Source of the DNA: Catajapyx aquilonaris
Lineage: Eukaryota
Direction: 5' to 3'
Length of the DNA: 64,000 nt
NCBI GenBank assembly: GCA_000934665.2
Contig: JYFJ02001615.1
Coordinates: forward strand, 1 to 64,000
Below are positions 11,121 to 25,300 of the stretch, piece by piece (position 1 is the first letter of the stretch; each line of letters begins with the position of its first letter). Both the position numbers and the translations under genes were made by a program. The notes below the pieces were generated by a model. That model was not told where the DNA came from and ran no database searches. It saw only the letters and a program-made list of their open reading frames with translations.

Positions 11121-13230
11121 ACAGTTTTGATCTGATTTAATTGCACGGTCATTTTTGCAACTTGTGAAAATTGCACAGTTTCATTAGTTTCGATAAGTCT
11201 TTGAAGTTTTTTTTTTTTAACTCCAATTTCTGGTGGGTGGAAGCTTTTGGAGAGTCAACTCATATCCCTGGTCCCCATTGTGGCTGCGACCCATGCTGAG
11301 AAGGGAATTGAGACATGTCCGCAGGTCGTTAAGAGGAGAGACGAACGAGAGCATGGCTGCGAATATAAGGGAGGTGCCTCATTACACTCCGGCTGGGAAA
11401 CTTCGCATGGGGACTATTGGAGAGTTGGGAGGTTACCTATGCCAGCTATGCCTATACATGCATGGCACAGCACGCTGCCTCTGCTGCTATTACTGTTTTT
11501 GCACACTCTGTCCCGCTCTGCCCGGTGCCAAGCTGCACTATACTGAGAATTGCACATTTCTACTGAAAGCCCTTTTTTTGTTGCCAAAATTGCGAATGTT
11601 GCTTTTGGCTATATTATTAGAATTAATTCACAAATTTGGACGACAATCGGTACGTAACAACTGATTGAACGAACTGCCTTTGGGTACTTGCATAGGGAAT
11701 GTACTGAGAGTAATTTGAAGCCGGGTGTGTACGTTCCATACAGACTCACGCACACGCCCATCGATGCAGAAGCACGGTTGTTGCATTATTAATGCACTGT
11801 TTAAACACCACACACCTTCTCTCACGAATACTGCACTGTAAGTATGGGTGTAATTTCGAGGCTTACTCAGAAACTCACAGTGAAACTTCTGAACATATTT
11901 CATCATATTCAGTTGAATTATGACTCGAAAGCCTTCCAGAGATAGACAACACCTGTAACTTGCCCAATATGAAAAGAACTTCCACGTATATGCAGTAGGC
12001 GTCTATTGTTTCAACATATGACGATATGAGGCTTCCAGCACTATATGTGAAGTATCTCATCCGATCTCATCACATCACAATTGAGTCTAGGCCTCTAGGG
12101 GATACAGTGCGAAACATATCAGGTAATATTGTCTTATTATTGCTGAGAGACACCATAACGCAGCAGAAGATGAAAACCCAGTTATCTAACAATTTTAAGA
12201 GCTGGCGAAGGGGAACCAGTACGTACAATATATTACCCTGCATATGGAATGAATTAATTACACAATGAGCATGTGATGAGTCCAAAAGAATTTCATTTCT
12301 GGATTCAGCAGCATATCGCATTTAATAATACTGCAATATACATTCGAAATATGAGAGTTCAAATTCTCTCCATACTGTTATTAGTACAACAGAATGGTTT
12401 TTCGTGTTTGGTGTCGTTTATGCAGTACAGTACAATTTCATTTTATTGCTCAGCTTTAAAAATTGCACATTGCAACTACTGGAAATATGTCCGCCTTCCA
12501 GGAAGAATGACACCACACGCAATTTTTACAGAATATACCACAGCGATTCGGCCCATTTACACACTCGACTGATCTCTAATTCCCATCATTCTGAGAACCT
12601 ATTATAAAAGGTACGCCAGCCAATAAACCAATCTTTGCTGTTGGAGGAGGCGGAAACACATGGTGGCATACTTGGCCTCGAAAAAAATTTGAGCCTCCAT
12701 TTTTTTTTTAAGGAGAGGGTTCCTTCTTTCTGTGCCCATTACCAGGAGAAGATGGTATGAGGCAGGGTTGAGCCATATGAGTAAAACGAGCGTGTCTGCG
12801 CATTTGGAAAAAGGGGGCTGGCCAGTGTCTGAAGGCCCCCGGGGCTTGCACCTGCGTGCAGGTGAGGCGCGCGACCCAGGAATATTCATTTATCACGGGG
12901 CGAGGAGGGAAACAATGAGCAGCCCGAGCAGCCTTTGGGGGCCTTTGGGCCTGCTCACAATTAGGGGGGACAGGTAGGCTCAACCTGCACTTTCAAGGCT
13001 CTTCTCTTGCTTTTTCTTTTTTCATTCGCCTCCACCTTCAACCATCACCCTCTCTCTACAGCTGGAGGATTCTTTCGCGTCCTTTTTGTGCACGGTTCAA
13101 TGAGCAAAACCGATAAAGGTCATGTAATGTTCATATGTAATGAAAATGGCGTTCTGGTATGACATGCTGAGAAGGCCACATTGCTCACTGCCTGTCTGTG
13201 TTGGGATAATTGAAAGTGCCTGTAAAGCGT

Positions 13231-13342
13231 GGGTGGAATTTTTGTCCCACTGCTAGTTACTGATAACTTGGCAGCATACCATTGCTAAAACACTGGTACT
13301 GCTAAGTTAGCAGTAACTAGCTGTGGGACGAAAATTCCACCC
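13231..13342. mobile_element. Short palindromic (hairpin) element, MITE-like, copy 1
   Basis: GGGTGGAATTTTTGTCCCACTGCTAGTTACTGATAACTTGGCAGCATACCA ... TGGTACTGCTAAGTTAGCAGTAACTAGCTGTGGGACGAAAATTCCACCC forms inverted arms of about 49 bp around a short loop. A second copy lies at 52738-52830. Confidence 0.8.
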
Positions 13343-16300
13343 CATATTATTCCATCTCTATATTACATTAGCCATGATCAAAATTATTTTGGACGAGTTG
13401 TGCTGTATTACTACATCAGGGAATGGGAACTTTTACCGAGATGCCATTTATCAGTTTTAAAGGCTCTTTCGGATAGAGCAAGAGATTTGTCCCTATTACT
13501 AAGGATATTTAATTTCCAGATGCAAAGATTCCATGCGACATTGTGAACTAATTCGCAATTTTTTGCAAGCTGTAAGTCAGAGTAATTCCGCAACATTGTG
13601 CAGTTAACCCTGGCTTATTTTTAATTTATGATCTTTTTCACGCAATCAAATACATTGTTATAATCCGTGCCAGGTGCAACGTTATAAAAATTTATATTTC
13701 CTTTGTTTTTGTAGCCTTCACTTGGTCACTCTATGTTTTGATTTGCTATGTATTAGACAAATTAGAGTGATCATTAATGTGGATGGTGTCTTCCGGCATT
13801 TGCGAATTACATGTACAAATGTTAGTGTTCGATGTGACATGTTGGCACAGACAGAGTATCCAACTGTTGCAAGTTTCAGAGGCACACTATACCTATATAC
13901 AGTATACATTTCCACCGCTAACAGAATAGATGAAAAATGTTAATCAACAGGCACATATACGTACAGTTTGTACACGTAAACTGCTAGGTTGGAAAGGTGT
14001 GAATAGCACTTGCCTACTCTACTTATTGAGTTGACCCAACGCCTCCGTGATGTTGTGTGAACTTCACATTGCTTCGGGCCATGTAATGATGGCAACAAGT
14101 AGTAGAGTAACTGGTTCCAAAATTTTACATGCCCCATATATTATCCCATAATTTATGAGCTGTAACTGTGTTATTATTGCCTGTTGCATGTTCCACACAC
14201 TTAGTACCTACCGTTCACAGGAACGTACAAATCACATGAAGATAAGTCTCGCAGTTTGATTTAGTTTATACGGCATACTCCTGGAGCGCATATTGTTCAC
14301 CAGTACTGCAGCAGGTCGTCTCGGTAATTATGGTTGAAGGCGAAGAATAATCCAGGGCAGAAGCAAAGCAGGTCTGACAAGCTCCACTCCAGCCTGAACA
14401 GAAACATATCAACTTCCCTAACAGGATTAGAATCCTTTACGTGCGGTCGGGATATCTCCTGAAGTAGAGACAGAGATGCCGGGAAGCGATGCTGCCTGTA
14501 CAAGTGCGGAAAAGCAAACTGGATGTGGGCCACCAAAAGAGACGGCTGTGTTAAATGTGAGGTGTCCAATTAATCCTGGAAGGGAATTACTCAGAGGCGG
14601 TATCTGTTCTTACTATCCCCACCTGGACATAAATGGATTCAGAACCCCGCCAGGAGGATTGCTCATTTCACATGTGGCAACAGCACGCAACTCTATCAAG
14701 TCCGTCAAGATATACACCGGAGTTATTATAATGTTGTTATAAACATGCGTATTTATTAATCAAACAAATGCCCATGTATACCGCTATCTCCACATAATAA
14801 TACATAACATGTATACTGTACAATCGAGAAAAAATTGCAATATTACGTACTCGGGTGATTATTTAAAATATACATTATATTGTATGTTGTCTAAAATTCA
14901 TGCTGGGCCATTCAGACAGTGTAGCAAAAAAAGGAAACAAATGACCAAAGGTCAGATGGGACTGATTATGCGTCAGCCTTTTGTGCGATAGGAGAGAAAA
15001 ACGATTGTATTTTGAACCCTTCAATTTGAAAGGCGCGGCGGCTACTTCCGGGAGGTCCTGGCCTTTAGCTTTGGCGTAGGGAGGTCAGAGGTCAAACTGG
15101 TCAGCGGCGTTACGCTGCGGGAATGTGCTGGAAGCTGCTCAGATACATGCTGCTCGGCTTTCCCTAAAGCCATCAATTTGCATCGATAAGCTTGCCGCAC
15201 TTCTTGACCTCTGCCTAATTGCTTTTCAAAAAAAAAAAGTTTATCAACGTGTGTGGTCAATTTTGAGTCGGATCCAAGAATGTGGAGAGGTTTTTATAAG
15301 CGGGTTTATTTATGTTTTATTATCTACTATGACAGGTTGTTGCATGGGCTAAGTTATTGCAAATTAATTTGCAAGATGCAGATTTTCAGAGCCTCCATAC
15401 ACCTTGCCAAAAAATACATGTAGTTTGCAAGCTGGAAAGAATCACTGTTTTATTACCACACAGTCCCTGCTTTCTTTGTCCCAGTGAAATCAAAGAGAAA
15501 TCTGTAATTGTCACTAATATTCCAACCCAGTGCCTCGCGGGTAGCTTTCTGGGTATACAACGACGGAGAAAACGAGTCGAAAAAAAAACTCGGCTCTATT
15601 TGTAAAGTCGCAGTAAAATATGGAAATGAGTCAACTTTGATGTCGGGGTGGAATTTCCAAGTGGTAGAAATCCTTTCTTGCAATCGAATCGGTTGCAAAT
15701 CAAAGCACGCCGATTCCACAGGCTTATAAAATCCGCACGAATCGTTAAAAAAAGAGAGAGAGGAACGGATAATAAAACGCACCGACTCATTTTTGCGGAC
15801 ATTGCCCATGGGCGGGCCTCATTTTTTTTTTTAAAGGTACTTCACAGGGTCGCCAAACTGGCGTCCAAATGAGAAATCCGAAAAGAGGCAAAAATAAATA
15901 GGTGGAAAAAGACCGTCCTGGCCAGTCAAAATGCCAGTAATCGTGGTGTCCCAAAAGTAACGGTCCAGGTCGAGACGAACGGAATTGCAGACAATTTTTT
16001 TTTTCTAAAACGGGTCTCTGCTTACCACCCTCTTCGACTGTGATTGTAGAGCTGTTTGTGTCGGGGGGAAATATGTCATTAGGTGACTGGAAAGAGAATG
16101 AGGTTATATTGGGGTGTGGTTGCCCATGGAGAAACAGAGAGAGTGCTTCTTTTTTTTCCGTCCATCTATCAAGCTAACCATCATTACCACTGGACTATTC
16201 GTCCAAAAATTGACTCGGACGCCTGAAGGTATAAAGTGATCTCTGTCCTAATGACCGTTGTGTCAGGACCCTCACTGATGGTCTCCACTTCAGGGCCTGG

Positions 16301-19300
16301 GGGTGTATAGGAAGCGACTCTCCAAGAGGATATGGTCAGAGCCAAGTGATCTTCGTCACGTGCCAAACTTCCTCACGATAAAAGATCAAGGAGAGATATA
16401 TTAGAATAGATAGGCTTCTAGTATATCAAGCTGACCTCAGAGGTAATGCTCACAAAATTACTGTATGTCGACATAATAATTATACTGTCGTATAGTTTCC
16501 TCGAAAATTCCTGGGGTCACTATATATATTTGGAAGGATATTTTTTCTTGAGAAATTATTGTTCGGAGGGTCTGGCCGGATGCTTCTCGGTTTCCTAGAA
16601 ACTCCGGTCCGGGCAAGTACGAGCTATTTCATAAGAAACCCTAGTAGGTGATATAGTCTTGCGATATGCATAGTGTGACGTCGCGTCGTTCCATATAGAA
16701 CGTAACATGATGGTGGCTTCAACCAAAGGAAAACAGGCCTCGACTTGTTGGCCTTATTCATGCTTCAAATTATATTCACATTGGGAAAAATGCTTCCTGT
16801 ACAATACCTCGAAGTTTTATGGTCAAAACTCCAGGTCCAGGTGAGAGGTGTCAAAAACCCAACCGGTAACGACGTAGACGACCATGACCGAGCCTTTGCT
16901 GATGGTCTTATATCTGTGCATGCATTCCAGGATAAGGAGCAAGACAGGTAGTTGCGTTTTTCTAAGAGCCAATCGTGGTCTGTCATTAACGGTTTGGGGG
17001 AGATAATCGCACGACTATTTGTGGCGTCATCAACTGCAATACTAAATAACACATATTATGCTAACTCCTAACCATTGTGTTTCCTGGATGGTCTATGACA
17101 TACAGTATATTCTCTAATGGTGGCATAATATCGGGAGATTTTTCTCCACAATTTTTTGAGCCGAAATAACCAATTAATATTGCAATTTTACGCGTCGTTC
17201 TAAAATATTCTTCGCAACGTTTCCAGATTCCGTTATACGAGGCTTCACTTCCACAGCATCAGACCACGACTCAAAATATGACATCGCAATGCAACCCACC
17301 CACTGAAAAGTTGCCCCGGTTTTTCCGCCCCGACTCAATTTGGCAAAAATGTACGGATGGGGAGTTATCGAGAAGCGGTTTTTCTCTTCGTACACATATA
17401 TGCATTATGTGTCGAGGGAACGCTCCAGAACGTTAATGGCAGTGCAGACATGGAGCTTTCAGCATCTTTGGTCATGACTTCCTCCCTGGGCTGTAAAGCT
17501 CTCCGGCGCCATAGGTTGGAGTGCTTTTACAGTCTGGTTGAGTGGAGCTGAGGCATGTGCGGTGAAGGCAGATCGATCCTCGCGAGGCAGAAGCAGCAAG
17601 AGTAGCCCCCGCGAAGAAGGCCAAGGTCGGACACTTTTGATCGGAGGAGTACACACCCTACCAAAAAATATATTTTTTTGAAGAAGGTGCTGCGCTGTTT
17701 TTGAGACGGCCGGTTGTGGATCTCTGGAAGGCCAAACTGATTTCAAAAGGACCCCAGCATATAGGATTCCCCATCTCCTCGAACGCTTTTCGTAATTGGA
17801 ACGGGTGGAGAACCGGATTCTCCGGCGTGAAAAGTGGCAAGGACTGCGACCTTTTGGCCTTATCCCTATCCTCCTCCGTCAGCGCCGCAGACCCAAAACT
17901 TTTTTTTTTGTCCACCGACCACAAAAGAGGAAGCTCTGCGTATATCTTACGCGCCCCGATTAGATGTATATATTTTTCAGAGCGAGGGTTGCACCTTCGA
18001 TAAGCAATGACCTTCAATTCTCTCAGAATTGATAAAATAAAATAATTAATATTTTAATGCGGCTTTTGAATGTCCAGATGTCAGTGTGTGGAGATTTTTT
18101 AGACTTATGGTTTGGGGGACATTAGTCATGGCTGTTATCTGACACGGTCTTGTACAAATGCGATTACGGTTGTTTCTGAAATCTTGTTAAGCGTGATGAG
18201 AGCAGGTGCGTTGCAGTGAGGATGGATGGGGGGCAACAATACACACACAATATCTGAAGATGCGTACTGTTCCCTGCCGGAAGCAACCCTTGGCAGCATT
18301 TAATTTTTTGGGGTTTATCCATAACTTTTCAATGTATTGAGGACGACATAAATTTTTGGTGCATGTGGCATGTCGGTGGCTGCAGGGCGCTCATGACTCG
18401 ACGGGACATAAAAGAAACCGCAAGGATCTGGCTGTCCCGTTTGTTAGTGAAAGCCACCCATCAGGTGAGGATGATGGTGATTTTTTTCTACTTCTTCTTC
18501 CCATTTTTTTGGGGTGGTGATGGTGTGTGTCCTCCAGCACGATCAAGGGCTGAAAAGGCGGGGGTGGTTGTAATTGGTCCTGAGGAACGCGTGGGCGCAC
18601 TGCCCGTGTGTGTACAGGGTGTTTCATAATGACTTCTTCAGGAGTTCTTGTGTGAAATTCTGGTGTGGTCTAAAACTTGGCAACCCATCGGCAGTCCCAT
18701 TTTTTCGTCGCCATCACGCAGAGGCAATTCCATGGCGTCCCCAGAGATGCTCCTCGTCTCCTCTGCACAGTCACGACAACTATACGAAATGGATCCCACT
18801 TGTCCTTGTTGGCAACTCCTGAAAGCTTGCTCCGTCATTACACAGGCTGCACCTGCAACTTGTGCTACTCGGGACACGACAGGCGACATGTGCGCTCCCC
18901 ACTTTTTTTTGTATTTTTCATTTCCAGAAAATTATTTTTGTTCTCTGGTCTGAACAACAATGCCCTTTTCATTCCAGTTTTAGTACACATTGCAGGACCA
19001 GTGTGTGCTATAGCTGACCATATTCTGTGGTCGCGGCAGTGCATGACAACGTGCAAGCATGAATATTTGGCAGGTGGGAAGCACGACCTACCACACAAAC
19101 ACAGATGTGCCGTGCCATTCTTTCAAATGATGTCATCACGCCTTCCGTCTCTTTATTCTCATTACTAAAAGCTCGGGTTGTACTGGCAGAGTCGGCTGTT
19201 ACATACCCAGAGGCAGTAAGTGAAAAATACTTGACGACATCTGCTACACGAGCGATGTCCTGTTAAAGCATTTGAAAAATATTATATACATATAGCTGAA

Positions 19301-22300
19301 GAGAGTACAAGTGTAGTATAAGACGGTATAATGAAATGTCGCCTGTCGCGCTTTTTAAATAAATCAGATTTAGTATGATTTCACTGTGGTGTGCATAAAC
19401 AAACGGTTCGCTGACAGTCACAAATTTATTTTATTTTATTGATTTATTTATATGCAATGAGCATTAGTGCGATTTTTCCCGCCCAGAGCAGCTAAAAACG
19501 ACTTTTTTTTCTTCATCGACCTGAAAATCAGAAAAAATGTGCTAAATTGGCTGTGGGAATGCTCCATGATGACTGGGTTTCTCAGCCATCCAGGATTCCA
19601 GAGATCCCAAGGGAAACGTTCAGCGGTCGTTGAATTCCAATAATACGTGTGATTTCGCATGGCAACTACTACTATACACATGCACTGACCCGATATATTC
19701 CGTAAGGTTAGTCACATAATTCGTCCCGAGCAGCGCAATTATTGTGCTGGATGAGTACAAAGAGCTCCATAGATTCAAGGCCAGTACTGGCCCAGTAATT
19801 GCAGTGTAAATCGAAGGCCATAGCACGTGCTGGAGGCAAAATCGTGAGCATCAAAGACAAAAATGGATGCTTAGGAGTCGTGTGTCGCGATGACAAAAGG
19901 CAACGATGCCACCTTTTTTTTATTTACTTTTTTTTTGTCTACCTGCGGGCTTCTTGGCTCGTGTATAGCTATATGAGGCGGGGGTCCACTGGATGAGATG
20001 GTATATAGGCTTCCTGCCCGCGGGTTCCATTTGACTTGTAAAAAGTCTGGGTGAAGAATGCTGGGGTTGGACTGTGTGGAGGGGAGGCTCCCATGGCCTC
20101 CATCACAATGAGGCGGCTTATTCCCTTACCTGCCTGGAAGCACCACCACCAAGAGAGTTCATTGGCCGTCTATGCCAGACAGGTATCTCTCTCTTCTTCT
20201 ATCCTTGGCACACACTGTGTCTGACCCTGTATGCATATAATACGCAAGCTACTGAAGTCGGTCATGATCGAAGGTGTAAGTTCGTGTTCATAATAAGTAT
20301 AGTTGAGTACTGTACAATCATAATGGATATTTTTTCCATACTATGCTTTTAACCGGACATACATCATATTGTAATACAATAGAAACAACCTGAACTGAAT
20401 GCCAAAATTTTGGAAATATCCTGAATACTTCCCCTTTTTGCTCTGTCAGTCTTGATAACTTGATATCCATTTCGTTGGTGCTGCCATGACTGGTCATGAA
20501 GAGGCTACAGCCTTGATTGTATACGTAAGCTATACGTTCTAGGTTTGCCACTTGTCAACCTGTCTGCACTCATAGCGAGGTAGAAGGTCTGTCAACATGG
20601 AATTTTATGAGGAACTGACATATGCTCTTCGCGTAAACACCTGCTCGTCTCCTCAATTCTTTCTCGAAAACTGGTATCATTAACGTCTATACGGTATGTC
20701 TTAAGAAAAAAGTCATACTGGTACAGGAAATAGGAGTTCTGGATATTATGGAAATCCTATGATGTGATGCACTAATTGATGCCATAAACAAGTCCTTCAA
20801 AGTTACATATAATATTTATTCGCAGACATTTCTTCGCTTTGTATTACCATATATACCGTATACCACAACACTGTTACAACTTGTTTCTAAATTACCTTTC
20901 ACATCAGTTTGTTGAGGCGTTACATTGTCTCTTTACAGTGTTATACAGTATAGGCGCTAATGTGTCATCATATAGTTTGTAGAGTACCGGTAATTTAAAT
21001 ATTTGCATAGGCAGTAAAATGACGTGTGGCACAAGCCAAAAGCTTCAGGTCTACGTTGACGTTTAACTATACATTTACAGTATACTGAAAAGAGAGTGAA
21101 TGTTAATATCTCAATAATAGATTATGCGATTAATCTGCTGAGAATATGGCTTTAGCAATATTCACGACTGTATAGTTGGGCATTTCATCCTCCCTTGCCC
21201 ATATGTATTTTGACAATATTGAAATCGACTCTGAATGTAATTTCATTATCCAAATGATAACAGGGCTTACGTTAGTGAACACACAAAAACCAGTGTGTCA
21301 GCAAGCGTGTTTGGATTCTCCCTGATTTGTTGCCTGTAAATTTTTGGCGTAATAGTCGTGGCAAAACAGAGGCTGTTCACCTCACACGCGAACTAATTAT
21401 TTTGTGTTGAGAGGTCTATAGTTTTTGTAGACGGAAGGAACGGACATCGCCGCGCCGTGTGTATTACCGTCGGAGGAGGAAAGGACCATCAGCTTATTTC
21501 GCAGCTTCCTTATATTCCCAGCATATTCAGGCGGAATCTCAAAAGGTCCTTTCTTGACTGCTCACGCAACATTATAAGTGGCACACATCTCCTTGAGCCT
21601 TTGTCGCCTGTCGGCTCAGGACCGCGCCCGACACAACCTCGTGTATCATTCGGTACACGCCACGAACTCTTGAAGAATTAGTGCAGGTGTGTGTGTCCGT
21701 GATGGCTGCGGGTTTTTATATGTTCTGCAAAAATTTTTGGGCTTCCCGGGCACGTGCTGCTTCCTGCTGTTCGATATCGCGTTACCGGTTCCAGGAAAAA
21801 ACATGCGGGCATGTGCGCTGTTCACGGATACCTTTAAACGTGTTTTGGCGGAGACTTATTGCACCTCGAGATCGAGATGAAATTAACATTAGCTGGGAGG
21901 CAAACTAGTTTACCGGCTGTCCGGTCTAAAGGACACGGAAATTTTTCAATAAGGTTTTATCTGGAGAGTTGCGCAGTTTCTCACGTTGCTGCGGGCTGTA
22001 AATGTCGATGGGAACGGACCTGTCGTGATGTACTGTACGACCAAGGAGACCGTTGTTTCCTCCACTGCCAATATGTGAATGTCCTGTGCGTATAGTGTCT
22101 GATTTTGTCTGGAGGTGTTTTATTAGGGCTATTACTCTAACCAGTTCACCTTGATTTGTCAGTCCGTATGAACATTGTTCTCTCAGTGATGTCACAATAG
22201 ATTCAGTAGTAGAATTATCGACGTTGTATAGTTCTTCGGGGTCAGTATGCATAGGCTACGTGAGAAGAAGCGTAATGAGTGTTGAATTATTACGAGGGGT

Positions 22301-25300
22301 GAGAAATCTTGTAAGCTTTTGGCCATTAAAAAGCTCTAAGCATATATATTCCAAATGAGGGTTCAGCATTCTGTTCCAATTTATGGCTCGGAAAACACTG
22401 GGAAGTGATTCATTGTTAATACTAATTGCTGAATGTTGAAGTGAAGCACATTCATGTGTGATGTGTCATATTAACTTCTTGCTGTATGAGCTGACTGAAA
22501 ATCTATAATCAATTAGACTTAACATTTATTTACTCCTACCACTACCAGTTGGTGTAGGCTTTGGGCTGCATTTGTTAGCTAACTTGTGTCATCTTCGCCG
22601 TTCTGGAACCCTTTCATATAGGAAAATGCCGTGCCGTTGGCTAATGCCCAATTATGCTTATAGTTGTGAGAGCTCAGTTTTGGACGAATATTGAATCAAG
22701 CAATTTAGAAGTTCTTGACCACCGACCAGGACGCTCTCTGTACCTCATAACTCCTGCCTTGCAAACTGCAAAGTTGGTTCCAGACACGCACGCGATGGGA
22801 ACTATCTCAAAACACTGTACAGAAATGTGGCACACAACCCTGCGAAAAATAAGGCGCCAGTGCTAATGTTCTTCCTAGAGACAAGAAAAAGGGGTGCGAC
22901 ACGAACAAGGCAACGACGCGCCAGGTGACCAGCAGGCGACAGCAAATTATAGTAGCCGCAACCAATGTGCTTGTCAGAAAATAAGTGCCCATGGTTGTAG
23001 TCAGGCCAAGCCCAGCAGGAAACCACTCTTGGTGGGCAAAGAGTAACAGGAGCCTGCATGTGTCCCAGGCGAAACCAGCAGGAATACCGCAGCACCATCC
23101 GTCTGCCTGTCTCTTCCTTCCCTGCAGTACGTCTTGCAGGCTTGAAATGGCTTAATGAGTCCGAGGGCTACCAAGAAGTGACGGGCCAGCGCCTGTCAAG
23201 ACCTCCCACAGAGACTATGGTTCTTCATGAACCCAGAGAACTGGAAAAAAACAACTGTCCGGAGGAAACCCAGTGACATTGACAAAACTCTTGATTGCGC
23301 CCTCCTAAAGTTTTCTAGTGAAAATTCTGTTCTCTGATTCTTCCTTGGTCATCCAGCAGAAGCAGAGACCTCTGCGGGGTGTTCCCAATTAGCTTCTTTT
23401 TCTTGCGCCTTCCTCATGTGAGTGGGCAACTCGTGACCTCGTCTTAGCTATACGGGGAAAGGAGCAAGGACATAAATATACGTCCCTGTGGATCCACCGA
23501 AATTTACCATCCACGGCTTACGCACAGTACAGGCCACTTTTTAATTTAGGCCATAAATATTGTCCAGAAGGAAAGGGTACATGGGTATATACATGGACAT
23601 AAAAAAGCAGGATCTGACCAGGGAATGCGGGGTGTTTTTTTGGGGACATGTGCTTGGTGAGTTAGGAATCCACGCATTCTTGGAAAACCGGGTTTTATAA
23701 CCAGGGAAGGCGACGATTTGAAAATTTGGAGGACGTGTCTGGAGCAGGAATATGGTGCATGTTAAAATACCGAAATGTCTCCCCAGAACGTTTCTTACCA
23801 GTAAGATTTGCTTGGGAATCTTGGCCATGTTTATTATTCCCGTGCGGGTCCATTTGCATCTGCTGAGAGTTTTCACATTCTTTCCATGGACGAAATATTG
23901 GAAGAAAAAATTGTAAGCACCTCATATTTACACACTGTTAAATGGTTTCAGATTTTATCGGCAGGTTTAATAGGTTATTACGCCTAAGAAAAAGTATGCG
24001 CCTACCCTTCATGATGCTATAGCTTTCACCTTGGAAAGATTGGCATTTTGATCCATACACTGCCCTGTACCGGGAGTTTCGATGGGTTCTCTAGGGTCTG
24101 CTTTGATTGTGTACTAGATTTCCTATGGGTTCTTCCCACGTGCGATTCTCTCTCCCTGAGCAACCAAGGGAATGAATAAAGGTTCTGTCACGCGGCGCAA
24201 CATTAATTGTCATATTTGTTTATAGTGCCACTTAAATGAAATGTGACAGCAGGGGATCTTCAAGCCAGGCTTGGTCATGTTGGTATTGAAAAATGGTGCA
24301 AGTGCGGGGATATTTAGAAGATTAATAGTTCCATAAACAATCGAGGCTCGCGACTGTACACACAACATATAGGTGTTTAGTATATACGTGGTGTGTATAC
24401 TTCGACTGTAAATCAATACGTTTTTACGGGAGGTTGTACATTTTGCTGCTGCGTGCTGGTCAACTCAGGTGTAACTTGAGCTAACCGGTACGGAGTCACG
24501 TTGATTTTATAACTCCCAACTCGTATAGCAATGTTGACTCCACTGCAGCGCACAGACCCGGACGTTTACAACCATGAAGAATTGTCGAGCCATCAAAATC
24601 GAAGGGGGGCAGAATTCAATTTTAAAAATGCGCATGATTTTTTTTTCTTCTTTTTGAGGATCGCATTAAATTTTTGGGGGTTGGTCTCCAAATGGAATAG
24701 CTTTGAATGTGTCAGGGAAGGGCGCGCGTGTCACAGGAATGAAGGCCGACACATTAGTTGGAATGGATTATTCAGAATGGGCGAACTTCGACATATCTGT
24801 ATAGGTTGGACTCCCCGCTGCCAAACTTCATGGCCCTTTTTTTCCACTATTCCACCTATGGAGTTTGCCGATCCTTCCTTCGCTCAACCTCGGGAACCCC
24901 GCCTTGTATTCAGTCAAGGTCTCTTCGACACGTATACACCGCCTTCCAAGGTACTGTAGTACCAGCCAGCCGGCCACTTAATTGATGCTCAACGAGGTAA
25001 TATTGAGGCGAGCCTGTCGCATGACAATGTGATTTTTTGAGGCCCGAGGGGTGTATGAAAGGTGAAGTAGGTCGTTACTCTTTACGATGCATAATTGCCT
25101 CTAGGTACAGATATACCGAATGCATATTGATAGGTGCGGCGCTGAAGACGGAGCGATTTTACTGCCTAATTTAATTTAGAGGACTTTTAGAGGCAGTGTT
25201 TGCAGATTATAAGCTGATTACGTGGCTCGACCGTGAAGGACACCGCTTATTACCTAAGAAAATTATAGCTTTAAATTATGCCACTGTGAAGGAGGAATTT

